DNA of 53,348 bases from Minisyncoccia bacterium (GCA_041485465.1 JBGPJO010000005.1:1-53348); one strand, 5' to 3'; shown: positions 9,501 to 17,829, numbered from the stretch's first letter. Notes: generated by a model not told the origin, from the letters alone. Program-made: numbers and translations.

Positions 9501-10106
9501 ATCGTTTGACGCGGTGAGAGTAAAGGTTGTGAACGGAACGCGTGATGCTCCTTGAGGAGCAAGGGATGCCATCGGCTGGACACCCGGGTTGATGGTGAGG
9601 CCAGAGCCCATAGGAGTAGTTCCTGTGCCAGTGCCAGTGCCAGTGCTTGTTCCTCCCATAGCCGCAAAGGCTGCGCGAGACTTAGCACCGAAGTAGCCGG
9701 CCGTAGGGCTGATGCCCGCAGACTTTTGCCAAGCAGATACCGCTGCCTGAGTCTTGGCACCGAAGTAAGTTGACTCATTTCCCGGAGAGCCCGCACCAGT
9801 CGTTGCAACGGTGAAGCCCTTAGAGTTGAGTACTTTTTGCAAACACATTACGTCGCTACCAGTGACCCCAATCGTGAGATCGCGAGTGAATGTGCATGCA
9901 GCGCTCGTTGAACCACCAGTTGTGGCCGCGAGCTGTGCCTGAAGTGATTGAATCGTTGCAAGCAGGCTATTGATCTGAGCCTGAAGGTCGGAGGCGGTGT
10001 CAGCGGAGGCGCTCAAAGCGGAGCCCCCTGCCATCGTGACAGCCGTAAGAAATCCAACCAATCCTGCAACCATTTTCACGGTTTTAGATTTGTGTAATGA
10101 ATTCAT
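6561..10106 (-). CDS. Very large secreted or cell-wall-anchored surface protein (signal/anchor, coiled coil, PG-binding domain, repeated beta modules)
   Basis: 1181 aa. It has an N-terminal hydrophobic anchor and a heptad-like DLQAQINSLLATIQSLQAQL. A PG_binding_1-like block follows (GSDVMCLQKVLNSKGF...YFGAKTQAAVSAWQKSAGISPTAGYFG), then a (TG)n linker and about 1000 aa rich in Ser/Thr/Gly/Val/Asn with a recurring module motif. Confidence 0.9.
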   Translation of the reverse strand: MNSLHKSKTVKMVAGLVGFLTAVTMAGGSALSASADTASDLQAQINSLLATIQSLQAQLAATTGGSTSAACTFTRDLTIGVTGSDVMCLQKVLNSKGFTVATTGAGSPGNESTYFGAKTQAAVSAWQKSAGISPTAGYFGAKSRAAFAAMGGTSTGTGTGTGTTPMGSGLTINPGVQPMASLAPQGASRVPFTTFTLTASNDGDITVNSIAVQRGGLAQDAVFSGIVLLNSNGIQIGIAKTLNSNHQATVGDPFTIPRGTSQSFTIAGNMNTNLAAYAGQVAALSIVGVNTSATVNGSFPITGAAQTINATLALGAAQMVVSSFDPLGAQTKNIGNTNVIFSGIRITAGSAEALRLWSIRFNQSGSAGANDLANVMVYIDGTAYPTTVSTDGKYYTASFTSGILIDKGLSKDVYIQGDIVGSSVSGRTVQFDIYKNTDVYLSGEIYHYGVTPLPSGNTASAATTGSEFITSDGNAITSSSTNTPGTPLFSASLITVNPGQATSISKATSVISQNIAVNVPNQILGGFTTNFVGEPVSVQSMSFSSTTVGAFSGGITNVSLYNENGAVVAGPVDWTTATLTFTDTVTFPTGSHTYTLKGKIPSGTANNATIVVKTTPSTQWSNVTGQVSGNSITNLPTTQVAMNTMTVKSATLAVSMSATPASMNIVAGGTGVTYANVQLDASQSGEDIRISTIPLRLTSASVIDISACQLYNASNPVNTGSNVPLPPSGAASTTPATIVFHLDSSLTVPKGTIVSLALKCNLVASGVSTYAWSVNSGDTWTATGFTSGNTLSGASTGLVITTGSAGTMAVANGTLAVTLDSSSPSYGVATNGSTGVTVGVLRLTSTNEAINMQKISLQLSPISSSASSTPADLVQVTLWDGATQVGTATFTGSSRNATSTLTSTVTVPKDSYKLITLKADLATLNAFAGIGANAKPGALIKVDYDGQDTTGTQGTGNDSGITLNPPAAASDTAVAGVRVFKSYPIFTYSTTGATAQSGVNDLLVLNVQANSTGDVKLNKIVFSYSTTTATLASPTFSGPNGNVASTTNVNFDVVNNPGTITVYFDSVSNTQDNTVAAGQTKSYTLRGTLTLTGNSGQNGSIGIALKADTAYPSLQVISGSGDPLLGTVATSGIASSKMIWSPNSTTTVTNFNNDWTNGYGLPGCFSSSGLGQDCTQRVLAK
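9625..9646. repeat. Hexanucleotide tandem repeat (GTGCCA x3.5) encoding the (Thr-Gly)n linker
   Basis: gtgcca gtgcca gtgcca gtgc, read directly. It encodes GTGTGTGTG in the surface protein. Confidence 0.9.
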
Positions 10107-10841
10107 AAATAATGATTACTAAGTGTAAGTAATAGTGTGTGAAGCGAATGCCGCACAACTAACTATGACTATGAAGCGAATAATGTGCGGTTCGACGCCG
10201 CATAAAAATTCACCTTGCGTGTTTTTAGAAAAATTACATCGCTGAAATTTTTCAGAAAGACGCGCTCAACTAATTTTTTGCTTTTTGTTTTATCGACACG
10301 AAGCAAAAAAATAGCTTACGAAATTTATAGTGGATGTTCAGAATTTCAGAAAGGGCAAGAGTGGCCCAAACCGGACAAAGAGTTCGGTAAATTTTATCTT
10401 GAGTAAGAGTTGTAAAACTTCTTACTCTATTTATTTGTCAATGATCTTGAAAGCAGGGTGCGGTAACTTTCCGTAAAAAACAAGAGTTCTGAAAGCAAGG
10501 CAAAAGAGGCAAAACACCCGAATCACCTTGTAGCGCCAATTATAGTATTTGCGCCACTCCCCTGCAAAACACGTTTTGTGGATAACTAACGTAAAAAAGG
10601 CTTTCCTGAAGCCACTTTTAAGTAGTAGTCCAACATTTCGATGCTCTCATGTGGAAAGATAGAAGTCAATGGAGCCATAAAAACAGAAAACGGATAAAAA
10701 GTGCTGTCAAAATCCAAAGAATATGACGTCTAAACGGCGAAGAAATTACAAAATCGTAGGTTTTAGCCATTTTCTAGAAAACCCTTGATTTATGGAAATC
10801 TCTATGATTTTTGGGAAAGGGGAAATGGGACTTTAATGAGA

Positions 10842-11612
10842 CTAGCGAAGAGAATATTTGCTCCACCTTCTTTCACCAGATTTTTTAAGGACACCCTTTG
10901 AGACAAGATATAAGAGGTCACGTTGAATAGTCTTTCCGCTCACGCCCCGAATAAACGCGGTAATGTCCTTTATGCTGACTTCGCCTTTATTCTTGACAAT
11001 ATCGACAATCATTTTCTCACGAGTTGAGTCATTTTGTCTTATAGGCTTAGTATGCAGATTAATTTTAGCTTTTTGATTTTTACCTGCCGATTTATAAAAG
11101 ACATCAGAAACACCGCTTTGTCCTTTAAGAGAAACCCGCCCACCCCCCACTCCCTCTTCCGGAAGAGGGAGTGGTATGATAAGGCCGTTTTTGGCAAAAG
11201 AAATTTGGTCGCGCTCTCCCCTGTAAAGACCTTGCATAATGGGTAAAAGAGCAAGAAATTCATCCCGCAAGATCTCCGCGTTCATTTCTGAAATAAGAAG
11301 CGATGAACGGCCTATGTTTAAAAGTGAAATACAGTGTGCAATGCCTGTTTCAAGTGGGGTTCCTCCGTTTTTATTCATCTCTCGGAGGAGGCTATTTTTA
11401 ATTAATAAAAGACATTCTTCTCTGATCGATTTCCTTAATGGCTCTTCCTGAGGAAGAGTATTGGTTATGATATGAATCGCTCCTCCGATACGTTCAAGTT
11501 TTTTGATAAGATAAACGAGATAAGGTTTATCGGTTATAAAATCAAACTCGGAAAGCTTCGGGTTTTCCTCATTCTTAGAGATTATTTGAGTTTTATTTAC
11601 CTCTTTGTCCAT
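10842..11612 (-). CDS. Hypothetical protein with a C-terminal winged-helix (DeoR-like) DNA-binding domain
   Basis: 256 aa. The C-terminus is IVDIVKNKGEVSIKDITAFIRGVSGKTIQRDLLYLVSKGVLKKSGERRWSKYSL. Confidence 0.7.
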   Translation of the reverse strand: MDKEVNKTQIISKNEENPKLSEFDFITDKPYLVYLIKKLERIGGAIHIITNTLPQEEPLRKSIREECLLLIKNSLLREMNKNGGTPLETGIAHCISLLNIGRSSLLISEMNAEILRDEFLALLPIMQGLYRGERDQISFAKNGLIIPLPLPEEGVGGGRVSLKGQSGVSDVFYKSAGKNQKAKINLHTKPIRQNDSTREKMIVDIVKNKGEVSIKDITAFIRGVSGKTIQRDLLYLVSKGVLKKSGERRWSKYSLR

Positions 11613-11837
11613 TAGATGTCCTTTTAAGAAAAGTATTTACTGTCTTTTATAAAATCAATAGGACAGTAATCGACATTATATGCTTGTCCTTGAAGACGGC
11701 AAGCAAGGAAAGGGCGGAGGGATACATCTTTTCGATTTCCGCAAGATGTCCCCCATAAGATACCGGGAGCTACCAGCAATTTTTGAAAATAAGCCTTCGT
11801 CACGGGTTTTGAGCGTGGTATTATTAGCCCGTAAAAT

Positions 11838-14039
11838 ATGGTAAAAAAAAGCAAGGACACGGGGGAGAGGAAAAATAAAAGGTGGGGATTCACAAATCTT
11901 GGCTCAGAAACGAAAAATAGCATTTATGGCCTTATCTTTTTCGGACTGGGAATCGTGTTCCTGCTTGCCGGCTTTAAAAAAGCTGGTCCGGTTGGAGAAG
12001 ATCTTTTTGCCATCCTCTCGTACCTTATCGGGTTTGGATATTTTCTCATTCCGACCTTGTTTTTTCTTCTCGGTATTTCATTCTTACGATCCCTCAAACA
12101 TGCGCTCGGCGGAATAAAGACGCTCGGCGGTGTTTTATTTTTTCTCTCAGGTCTTGCACTTCTTAATTTTCTCTCAGAGGGATCCGCGGGAATCATCGGA
12201 AGCGGTATTGAAACTCCTCTGCAATCGCTTTTTGATGTTTACGCCACCTTTGCCATTCTCATCATTATTCTCGCGGCTTCAATTCTCATCCTCTTTGATC
12301 TTCGCCTCGAACTTCGGATACTGGCTTTTCTAAAAAAACCGTTTGATTTCATCTGGAGATTATTCGGAAGAAAAGAAAGGACCGAGGAACCGATAATCAT
12401 CGGGGAAACAACCGGTATGGAAGAAGCAACGGAAGAAGCGATAGAGGAAGAGCCTCGACATGATACTGAGGAAGAAATCGGGCCAAGCATTGTTCATCCC
12501 CCAAAAGAGACAAAAGGTTACGAATTCGTATCTCACTGGAAGCCGCTCGGCAAAGCCTATACTCCACCGCCGCTATCGCTTCTTGAAAAAGACAAGGGTA
12601 GGCCCGGTGTCGGCGACATAAAAGCAAACGCCAATATCATTAAACGTACTCTTCAGAATTTCGGCATTATTGTTGAGATGGATGAAATTTCTATCGGCCC
12701 CTCGGTTACCCGCTATGCGCTGAAGCCCGCGGAGGGCGTGAAACTCTCTCGGATCGTCGCCCTTCAAAACGATCTCTCACTCGCCTTGGCCGCACATCCT
12801 ATCCGTATCGAAGCGCCGATTCCGGGAAAATCTCTCGTCGGCATTGAAATACCGAACACTATTAAATCAACGGTCGGCCTTGCAACCCTTCTTTCAGCCG
12901 AAGAATTCCAAACCTCGGATAAACCCCTCTATGTAGCGCTCGGACGCGGCATTTCCGGCAAAGCTCATTTCGGCAATCTCGGGAAAATGCCGCATCTCCT
13001 TGTTGCCGGCGCAACCGGTTCAGGAAAATCCGTCACCATTCACACCATTATCACTTCGCTTCTCTACCGCAATTCTCCTGAGAATTTGCGCCTTATCATG
13101 ATTGATCCGAAGCGGGTGGAGCTAACTCTCTACAATAAAATCCCTCACCTCCTCACGCCGGTTATCACTGACGCAAAGAAAACCATCCTTGCTTTGAAGT
13201 GGGCGGCCAAAGAAATGGACCGCCGGTACGACATTCTTGAGAGCGAATCGGTGCGCGATGTCGATTCATATCACAAAACCATTCTCCGCCCCGCACTAGA
13301 AAAACTGGAGCGAACCCAAAACCGAGAAGAAGCTGAAAAGAAAATGCCGGAAATGATGCCCTATATTGTCATTATTATCGATGAACTTGCAGACATCATG
13401 GGAGCCTACCCGAGGGAGCTTGAAGCCTCAATCGTGCGGCTTGCCCAGATGAGTAGAGCGGTCGGCATTCACCTTATCCTCTCGACCCAGCGTCCCTCCG
13501 TAAACATCATCACCGGTCTCATTAAAGCCAATATCCCAGCGAGAATTGCGCTTCAGGTTTCTTCCCAAATCGATTCACGCACGATTCTTGATGGCTCCGG
13601 CGCTGAAAAACTTCTCGGCGCTGGCGACATGCTGTATCTTTCGGGTGAAATGTCCCAGCCCTCGCGTCTGCAGTCGGCTTTCATTTCGGAAACCGAAGTG
13701 AAGAGGGTAGTAAAGTATCTTTCCGATTCATGGGGCGATGAAGTGCCGCACGAAATTAATTTTGAAAGTGTGGGAACAACCGGCTCAAACGGTTTAGGAG
13801 TGTCGCTTGAGGAGGATGAGGACGATGAACTCTACGAGGAAGCTCGTGGGGCGATCATTCAAGCCGGCAAAGCATCAACTTCTTATTTACAGAGAAAACT
13901 CGGCATTGGCTATGCAAGAGCCGCCCGTCTCATCGATATCCTCGAAGAGCGCGGTGTGGTCGGCCCTGGAGAGGGCGCGAAGCCGCGAGAAGTATTCGGA
14001 GCAAGCGCAACGCAAGAACAAGAAGAGGAGCTCTTCTGA
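11838..14039 (+). CDS. ftsK: DNA translocase FtsK/SpoIIIE
   Basis: N-terminal TM segments, a linker, then the motor domain with Walker A (VAGATGSGKS) and IIIDELADIM, plus the C-terminal gamma wHTH (ASTSYLQRKLGIGYARAARLIDILEERGVVG). Confidence 0.95.
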   Translation: MVKKSKDTGERKNKRWGFTNLGSETKNSIYGLIFFGLGIVFLLAGFKKAGPVGEDLFAILSYLIGFGYFLIPTLFFLLGISFLRSLKHALGGIKTLGGVLFFLSGLALLNFLSEGSAGIIGSGIETPLQSLFDVYATFAILIIILAASILILFDLRLELRILAFLKKPFDFIWRLFGRKERTEEPIIIGETTGMEEATEEAIEEEPRHDTEEEIGPSIVHPPKETKGYEFVSHWKPLGKAYTPPPLSLLEKDKGRPGVGDIKANANIIKRTLQNFGIIVEMDEISIGPSVTRYALKPAEGVKLSRIVALQNDLSLALAAHPIRIEAPIPGKSLVGIEIPNTIKSTVGLATLLSAEEFQTSDKPLYVALGRGISGKAHFGNLGKMPHLLVAGATGSGKSVTIHTIITSLLYRNSPENLRLIMIDPKRVELTLYNKIPHLLTPVITDAKKTILALKWAAKEMDRRYDILESESVRDVDSYHKTILRPALEKLERTQNREEAEKKMPEMMPYIVIIIDELADIMGAYPRELEASIVRLAQMSRAVGIHLILSTQRPSVNIITGLIKANIPARIALQVSSQIDSRTILDGSGAEKLLGAGDMLYLSGEMSQPSRLQSAFISETEVKRVVKYLSDSWGDEVPHEINFESVGTTGSNGLGVSLEEDEDDELYEEARGAIIQAGKASTSYLQRKLGIGYARAARLIDILEERGVVGPGEGAKPREVFGASATQEQEEELF

Positions 14040-14040
14040 T

Positions 14041-14388
14041 ATGCTTCAAAGCGGACGCTATATACGGATCATCGGGGTAGTGTTTCTCTTCCTTATTATC
14101 GTTGGTTACGCAGGTATAAAATCGATTAACCTGGTGCAAGGACCAGAGCTTACCGTCACTTCACCCAAAAATGGCGAGGTGGTCCATGATCCCCTCCTCA
14201 CTATTGAGGGAGAAGCTCAGAACGTCACCTTCCTAACGCTGAACGACCGGCAGATTTTCGTCGACGATCAGGGAAGGCTCGCCGATCAATTGTTGCTCTA
14301 CGAAGGCTATAATATAATCACCGTGAAAGCGAAAGACAGGTTTGGGAGAGAAAAGACTATTCCCCTTGAAGTTATTTATAAACCGTAA
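14041..14388 (+). CDS. Hypothetical membrane-anchored protein
   Basis: The ATG sits 2 nt after the ftsK stop. It has an N-terminal TM span (IIGVVFLFLIIVGYAGI) and a beta-rich ectodomain. The upstream part of track ORF 13807-14388 overlaps ftsK out of frame and is discarded. Confidence 0.7.
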   Translation: MLQSGRYIRIIGVVFLFLIIVGYAGIKSINLVQGPELTVTSPKNGEVVHDPLLTIEGEAQNVTFLTLNDRQIFVDDQGRLADQLLLYEGYNIITVKAKDRFGREKTIPLEVIYKP

Positions 14389-14394
14389 AAAAGC

Positions 14395-15444
14395 ATGGCA
14401 AAAGAAAAAAAAGAAAAGAGCGCGGTCGGTACAACAGCAATTGAAGATACGATACGGGCAATCAAGACCAAATTCGGGGATGAAGCAATCATGAAGCTCG
14501 GCGATAAGCCGCGGGTTGATGTTAAAGCGATCCCCACCGGCTCAATCGGCCTTGATGCGGCGCTCGGTATCGGCGGGCTTCCCCGCGGACGGATTATCGA
14601 AATATTCGGCCCGGAATCATCCGGCAAGACAACGCTTGCTCTTCATGTCGTTGCCGAAGCCCAGAAACAAGGAGGCATTTGCGCGTACATTGATGCCGAA
14701 CATGCCATGGATCCGGAGTATTCCAAAAAACTCGGCGTTAACATTCAAAATCTTTTAATCTCGCAACCGGATACCGGGGAACAGGCGCTTGAAATCACCG
14801 AGAGCTTGGTGCGTTCCGGAAAAGTAGATGTCATTGTCATCGATTCGGTTGCCGTACTCACGCCAAAAGACGAAATCGAAGGAGACATGGGGGCCCAGCA
14901 CATGGGTAAGCAAGCGCGCTTGATGTCGCAAGCACTTCGAAAATTGACCGCGATCGTCGCCAAATCAAAAACACTTATTATTTTTATCAATCAGATTAGA
15001 ATGCAAATTGGCGTGATGTTCGGGAACCCGGAAACAACACCGGGCGGTAAGGCCTTGAAGTTTTATACTTCGGTCCGTCTCGACATTCGTCGCATTGCCT
15101 CGATTAAAAAAGGAGACGAAGTAATGGGTTCCCGGGTGCGGGTCAAGGTCGTCAAAAATAAAGTTGCGGCCCCGTTCCGTTCGACGGAATTCGACCTCAT
15201 GTACGGCGAGGGCATTTCTCGCGAAGGAGAATTGCTCGCGCTCGGCGAGAGGTTCGGTATTATCCAGAAATCAGGAGCATCCTATGCCTTCGGAGAAGAA
15301 AAACTCGGGCGCGGATATGATGCGACGCGCACCTATCTCAAAGAAAATAAAAAGATATCAAACGACATCTTAAAGCAAATTAAAACAAAACTCGCCGAAG
15401 GCGGCGGACTGGTGCCTTCGGGATCGGGAAGCTCTGAAGAGTAA
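14395..15444 (+). CDS. recA: Recombinase RecA
   Basis: [20 protein letters not shown] (Walker A), [20 protein letters not shown] and [22 protein letters not shown] are canonical RecA blocks. Confidence 0.97.
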   Translation: MAKEKKEKSAVGTTAIEDTIRAIKTKFGDEAIMKLGDKPRVDVKAIPTGSIGLDAALGIGGLPRGRIIEIFGPESSGKTTLALHVVAEAQKQGGICAYIDAEHAMDPEYSKKLGVNIQNLLISQPDTGEQALEITESLVRSGKVDVIVIDSVAVLTPKDEIEGDMGAQHMGKQARLMSQALRKLTAIVAKSKTLIIFINQIRMQIGVMFGNPETTPGGKALKFYTSVRLDIRRIASIKKGDEVMGSRVRVKVVKNKVAAPFRSTEFDLMYGEGISREGELLALGERFGIIQKSGASYAFGEEKLGRGYDATRTYLKENKKISNDILKQIKTKLAEGGGLVPSGSGSSEE

Positions 15445-15445
15445 C

Positions 15446-15781
15446 TTAGGCGAGACGCGACTGGGAAGGCGTGTAGGCGCGGAAAAAATCGCGCGCGTAC
15501 CAAAGAATAAGCACGAAGAGAAGCGCGAGCGACAACTGAACGGTGATTTCGGTCTTGGTGAGCGCCGTCACGGAAAAATTGTAGAGTGCGCTCGTATTGG
15601 TAATGCTCGGCATGTTTTTAAGAACATGCAAAATCGAGACGGCTGAGAACATCCACGCAAGTGAGCCGACCGAAAGGAAGGCGCGCAGGGTGCTTGAGCG
15701 GAACACCCGGCGGAGAAAGTATGCCGCATAGATTCGCCCCATAATACTCATTTTAATTTGCTCCTGTGTCTTCATGATCAT
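15446..15781 (-). CDS. Small membrane protein downstream of the ECF sigma factor (possible anti-sigma factor)
   Basis: 111 aa with two to three TM spans, 11 nt downstream of the sigma gene. The anti-sigma assignment rests on context only. Confidence 0.55.
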   Translation of the reverse strand: MIMKTQEQIKMSIMGRIYAAYFLRRVFRSSTLRAFLSVGSLAWMFSAVSILHVLKNMPSITNTSALYNFSVTALTKTEITVQLSLALLFVLILWYARDFFRAYTPSQSRLA

Positions 15782-15792
15782 TACAACCAGGC

Positions 15793-16377
15793 TTATAAGG
15801 GAAAGGTTGCTAAAATATTTCGAAAGGCTTCTTTTGCCCTGTAGACCCTCGTTTTTACCGCGCCGACCGTAATTCCCTCTTCTTTGGCGATTTCCTCCTG
15901 GCTTTTGCCTTCAAGGAAAAACTTGCCCAAAATACTCGCGAGGTGATCCGGCATGCGATTTAGGATTGAGGCGACATAATCAATCAATTCTTTGTTCTCA
16001 GCCAGAGACATCTCCTTCATATCAGGCAGGATTTCCTCAAGCTCATCCGTGAGCTGAATGCCCCGAGACTTTTTCATCTTTTGGTACTGGGTAAAAGCGC
16101 TGTTGACGAGAATTCGATAGCCCCATGATTTAAATGATCCTTCCCCTTGCGAGGTAAACCGCCCCGAATTGAGATAAATTTTAGTAAAAGTTATCTGGAC
16201 GACATCCTCTGCGTCCTCATCGGTTTTGAGGATCTGCTTTGCCTTGCGGAAAAACGCCTCTTGGTAGCGATCAAGAAGAATGCTGAAAAGATACGGCGTA
16301 CTTCTTGAAGCAAGGAGTATTTCTTCGTCGGTTTTCCCTTTTGGATCGGCTGGTTTTGAAACTTCTTCTAAAAACAT
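15793..16377 (-). CDS. ECF-type RNA polymerase sigma-70 family factor
   Basis: 194 aa with region 2-like DAEDVVQITFTKIY...SFKSWGYRILVN and a region 4 HTH (KSQEEIAKEEGITVGAVKTRVYRAKEAF). Confidence 0.85.
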   Translation of the reverse strand: MFLEEVSKPADPKGKTDEEILLASRSTPYLFSILLDRYQEAFFRKAKQILKTDEDAEDVVQITFTKIYLNSGRFTSQGEGSFKSWGYRILVNSAFTQYQKMKKSRGIQLTDELEEILPDMKEMSLAENKELIDYVASILNRMPDHLASILGKFFLEGKSQEEIAKEEGITVGAVKTRVYRAKEAFRNILATFPL

Positions 16378-16531
16378 GGGCTTAGCGTAAATCCCATCTC
16401 TATGGGACCCCGCGTTGCCTTAACTATATACTCGACCTCTCTTATATTGCAACAGAAAGTCTTTTCTAAAGGTTACGCGCTGTATATGAAGAGGGTGGAC
16501 TTTTTTTATTCTGTAAGTAAAATGCGAGACT

Positions 16532-17107
16532 ATGGCCTTACTAAAATACAATGAAATCACTAAAAAGAGATTCATCGTTTTTGAAAACGAGCCGTATGAA
16601 ATTCTCGATTCCCACGTTTTCCGTAAACAACAGCGAAAACCGGTCAATCAGGTCAAGATGCGGCACCTCTTGGGCGGCCGGGTAGTTGAACACTCTTTCC
16701 ATCAAGCTGAAAAAGTTGAGGAGGCGGAAATCAATTCAAAATCAATCAAATACCTTTACAATAATCGCGGCGAATTCTGGTTTTGCGAGGAAAAGGAGCC
16801 TTCGAAGCGAATAAATTTTAAGGAAGAAGTCATCGGTGAACAGGCAAAATTCATGAAACCGAACATGGTCGTCGATCTCCTCACCTTTGAAGATAAAATC
16901 GTCGGCTTCAAGATGCCGGTTAAAATTGATCTGAAAGTCGTCGAGGCGCCGCCCGCGGTTAAGGGCGATACGGCACAAGGCGCGGTCAAACAGGCAAAGC
17001 TTGAAACCGGCGTCACGATAAACGTTCCCCTTTTCATCAACGAGGGCGATGTCATCCGCGTAAACAGCGAAACGGGAGAATACGTCGAGAGAGCCGATAA
17101 AAGTTAG
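16532..17107 (+). CDS. efp: Translation elongation factor P
   Basis: 191 aa. Domains II and III are typical (VVEAPPAVKGDTAQGAVKQAKLETGVTINVPLFINEGDVIRVNSETGEYVER). The domain I loop is atypical (see findings). Confidence 0.92.
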   Translation: MALLKYNEITKKRFIVFENEPYEILDSHVFRKQQRKPVNQVKMRHLLGGRVVEHSFHQAEKVEEAEINSKSIKYLYNNRGEFWFCEEKEPSKRINFKEEVIGEQAKFMKPNMVVDLLTFEDKIVGFKMPVKIDLKVVEAPPAVKGDTAQGAVKQAKLETGVTINVPLFINEGDVIRVNSETGEYVERADKS

Positions 17108-17243
17108 GGGGCTCTTACAAATTCGAATCCTATCCGCGGAGCATACTTGACAAGTATATAATTATTTGTTATTATATTATTTGATAGTTTTTCGCAATTC
17201 ATGGCAGATTCGTACTGCTTTGACAAAGAAAGGGAGGTGGTTA

Positions 17244-17783
17244 ATGCGCATCATCGGAATTGTCGGGATCTGGGATTTTCCGCCCAGACCCCACATCGAC
17301 ATGTGGAATTACCTTAGGCTGGCGTTTAAGGAGAAATTTCCTGACGCGACCTTTGAGGTTGAGCACCTGTGGTATCAACCATGGGAAGGCAAGAAAATAA
17401 GAGGGTTTGCCGATCACCTTGTCGATAAACACGATACAGGTGAGGAGTTGATTCTCCTTGGGCACAGCATGGGCGGAGTTATTGCGACCTCTATTGCCCC
17501 ACGATTCAAGAGGAGCCGGGTTCGGGTCGTGGTTACGGTTTTTGCGCCACACAAGTTCCTCTTCGGGCTTTTCTCCTCAATACTCTCAAATACTGAAAGA
17601 GTGGGATCCATACCCGTTCTGTCATTTGGAGCCCGATTTGATTACCTTGTGTGGTGGGGTGCGAAGTACCCAGCGGCGGAGAAGTACATAAAGATGTCCT
17701 CCGACCACCTCTTTTGCCTCCTCTTCAGCAAAAAACCGGCGAGAGAAATCGCCGAGGAAACATCATTACTATTCACTCCATAA
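17244..17783 (+). CDS. Alpha/beta-hydrolase fold protein (esterase/lipase-like)
   Basis: The ATG at 17244 is preceded by GGGAGGTG. It has a GHSMGG nucleophile elbow. Confidence 0.75.
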   Translation: MRIIGIVGIWDFPPRPHIDMWNYLRLAFKEKFPDATFEVEHLWYQPWEGKKIRGFADHLVDKHDTGEELILLGHSMGGVIATSIAPRFKRSRVRVVVTVFAPHKFLFGLFSSILSNTERVGSIPVLSFGARFDYLVWWGAKYPAAEKYIKMSSDHLFCLLFSKKPAREIAEETSLLFTP

Positions 17784-17829
17784 AAGCCTGATTTGCGGTT
17801 CGATTCCGCACTTCAGGCTTTTATTTTTT
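17783..17829 (+). terminator. Intrinsic terminator whose hairpin mimics a tRNA acceptor/T-arm minihelix
   Basis: AAGCCTGA tt TGCGG TTCGATT CCGCA ct TCAGGCTT followed by TTATTTTTT. The apical stem-loop is a perfect tRNA T-arm consensus (GGTTCGATTCC). Confidence 0.6.

Noticed and set aside
7552-9808. Several 60-108-aa ORFs in alternative or antisense frames inside the giant surface-protein gene
   Set aside because: They are fully nested in a 1181-aa ORF that has clear domain structure. Their Arg/Ser/Pro-rich translations are typical of off-frame reading of GC-richer coding DNA.
10577-10585. Perfect DnaA-box 9-mers (TGTGGATAA/TTATCCACA) at 2555-2563, 10577-10585 and 46219-46227, raising the possibility of oriC in the long spacer at 10107-10841
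   Set aside because: The boxes are isolated rather than clustered. No dnaA or dnaN is nearby. Gene orientation does not switch at the spacer, since both flanking genes are on the minus strand. A single perfect box plus degenerate copies is insufficient evidence for an origin.
10666-10770. 34-codon minus-strand ORF (MAKTYDFVISSPFRRHILWILTALFIRFLFLWLH) in the long AT-rich spacer
   Set aside because: It has only a weak SD-like AAGGG at marginal spacing, and no conservation data are available. At this length in AT-rich DNA it could easily arise by chance.
13807-14040. N-terminal 78 codons of track ORF 13807-14388
   Set aside because: This part overlaps the conserved FtsK gamma domain out of frame. 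The ATG at 14041, 2 nt after the ftsK stop, gives a sensible membrane-anchored protein.
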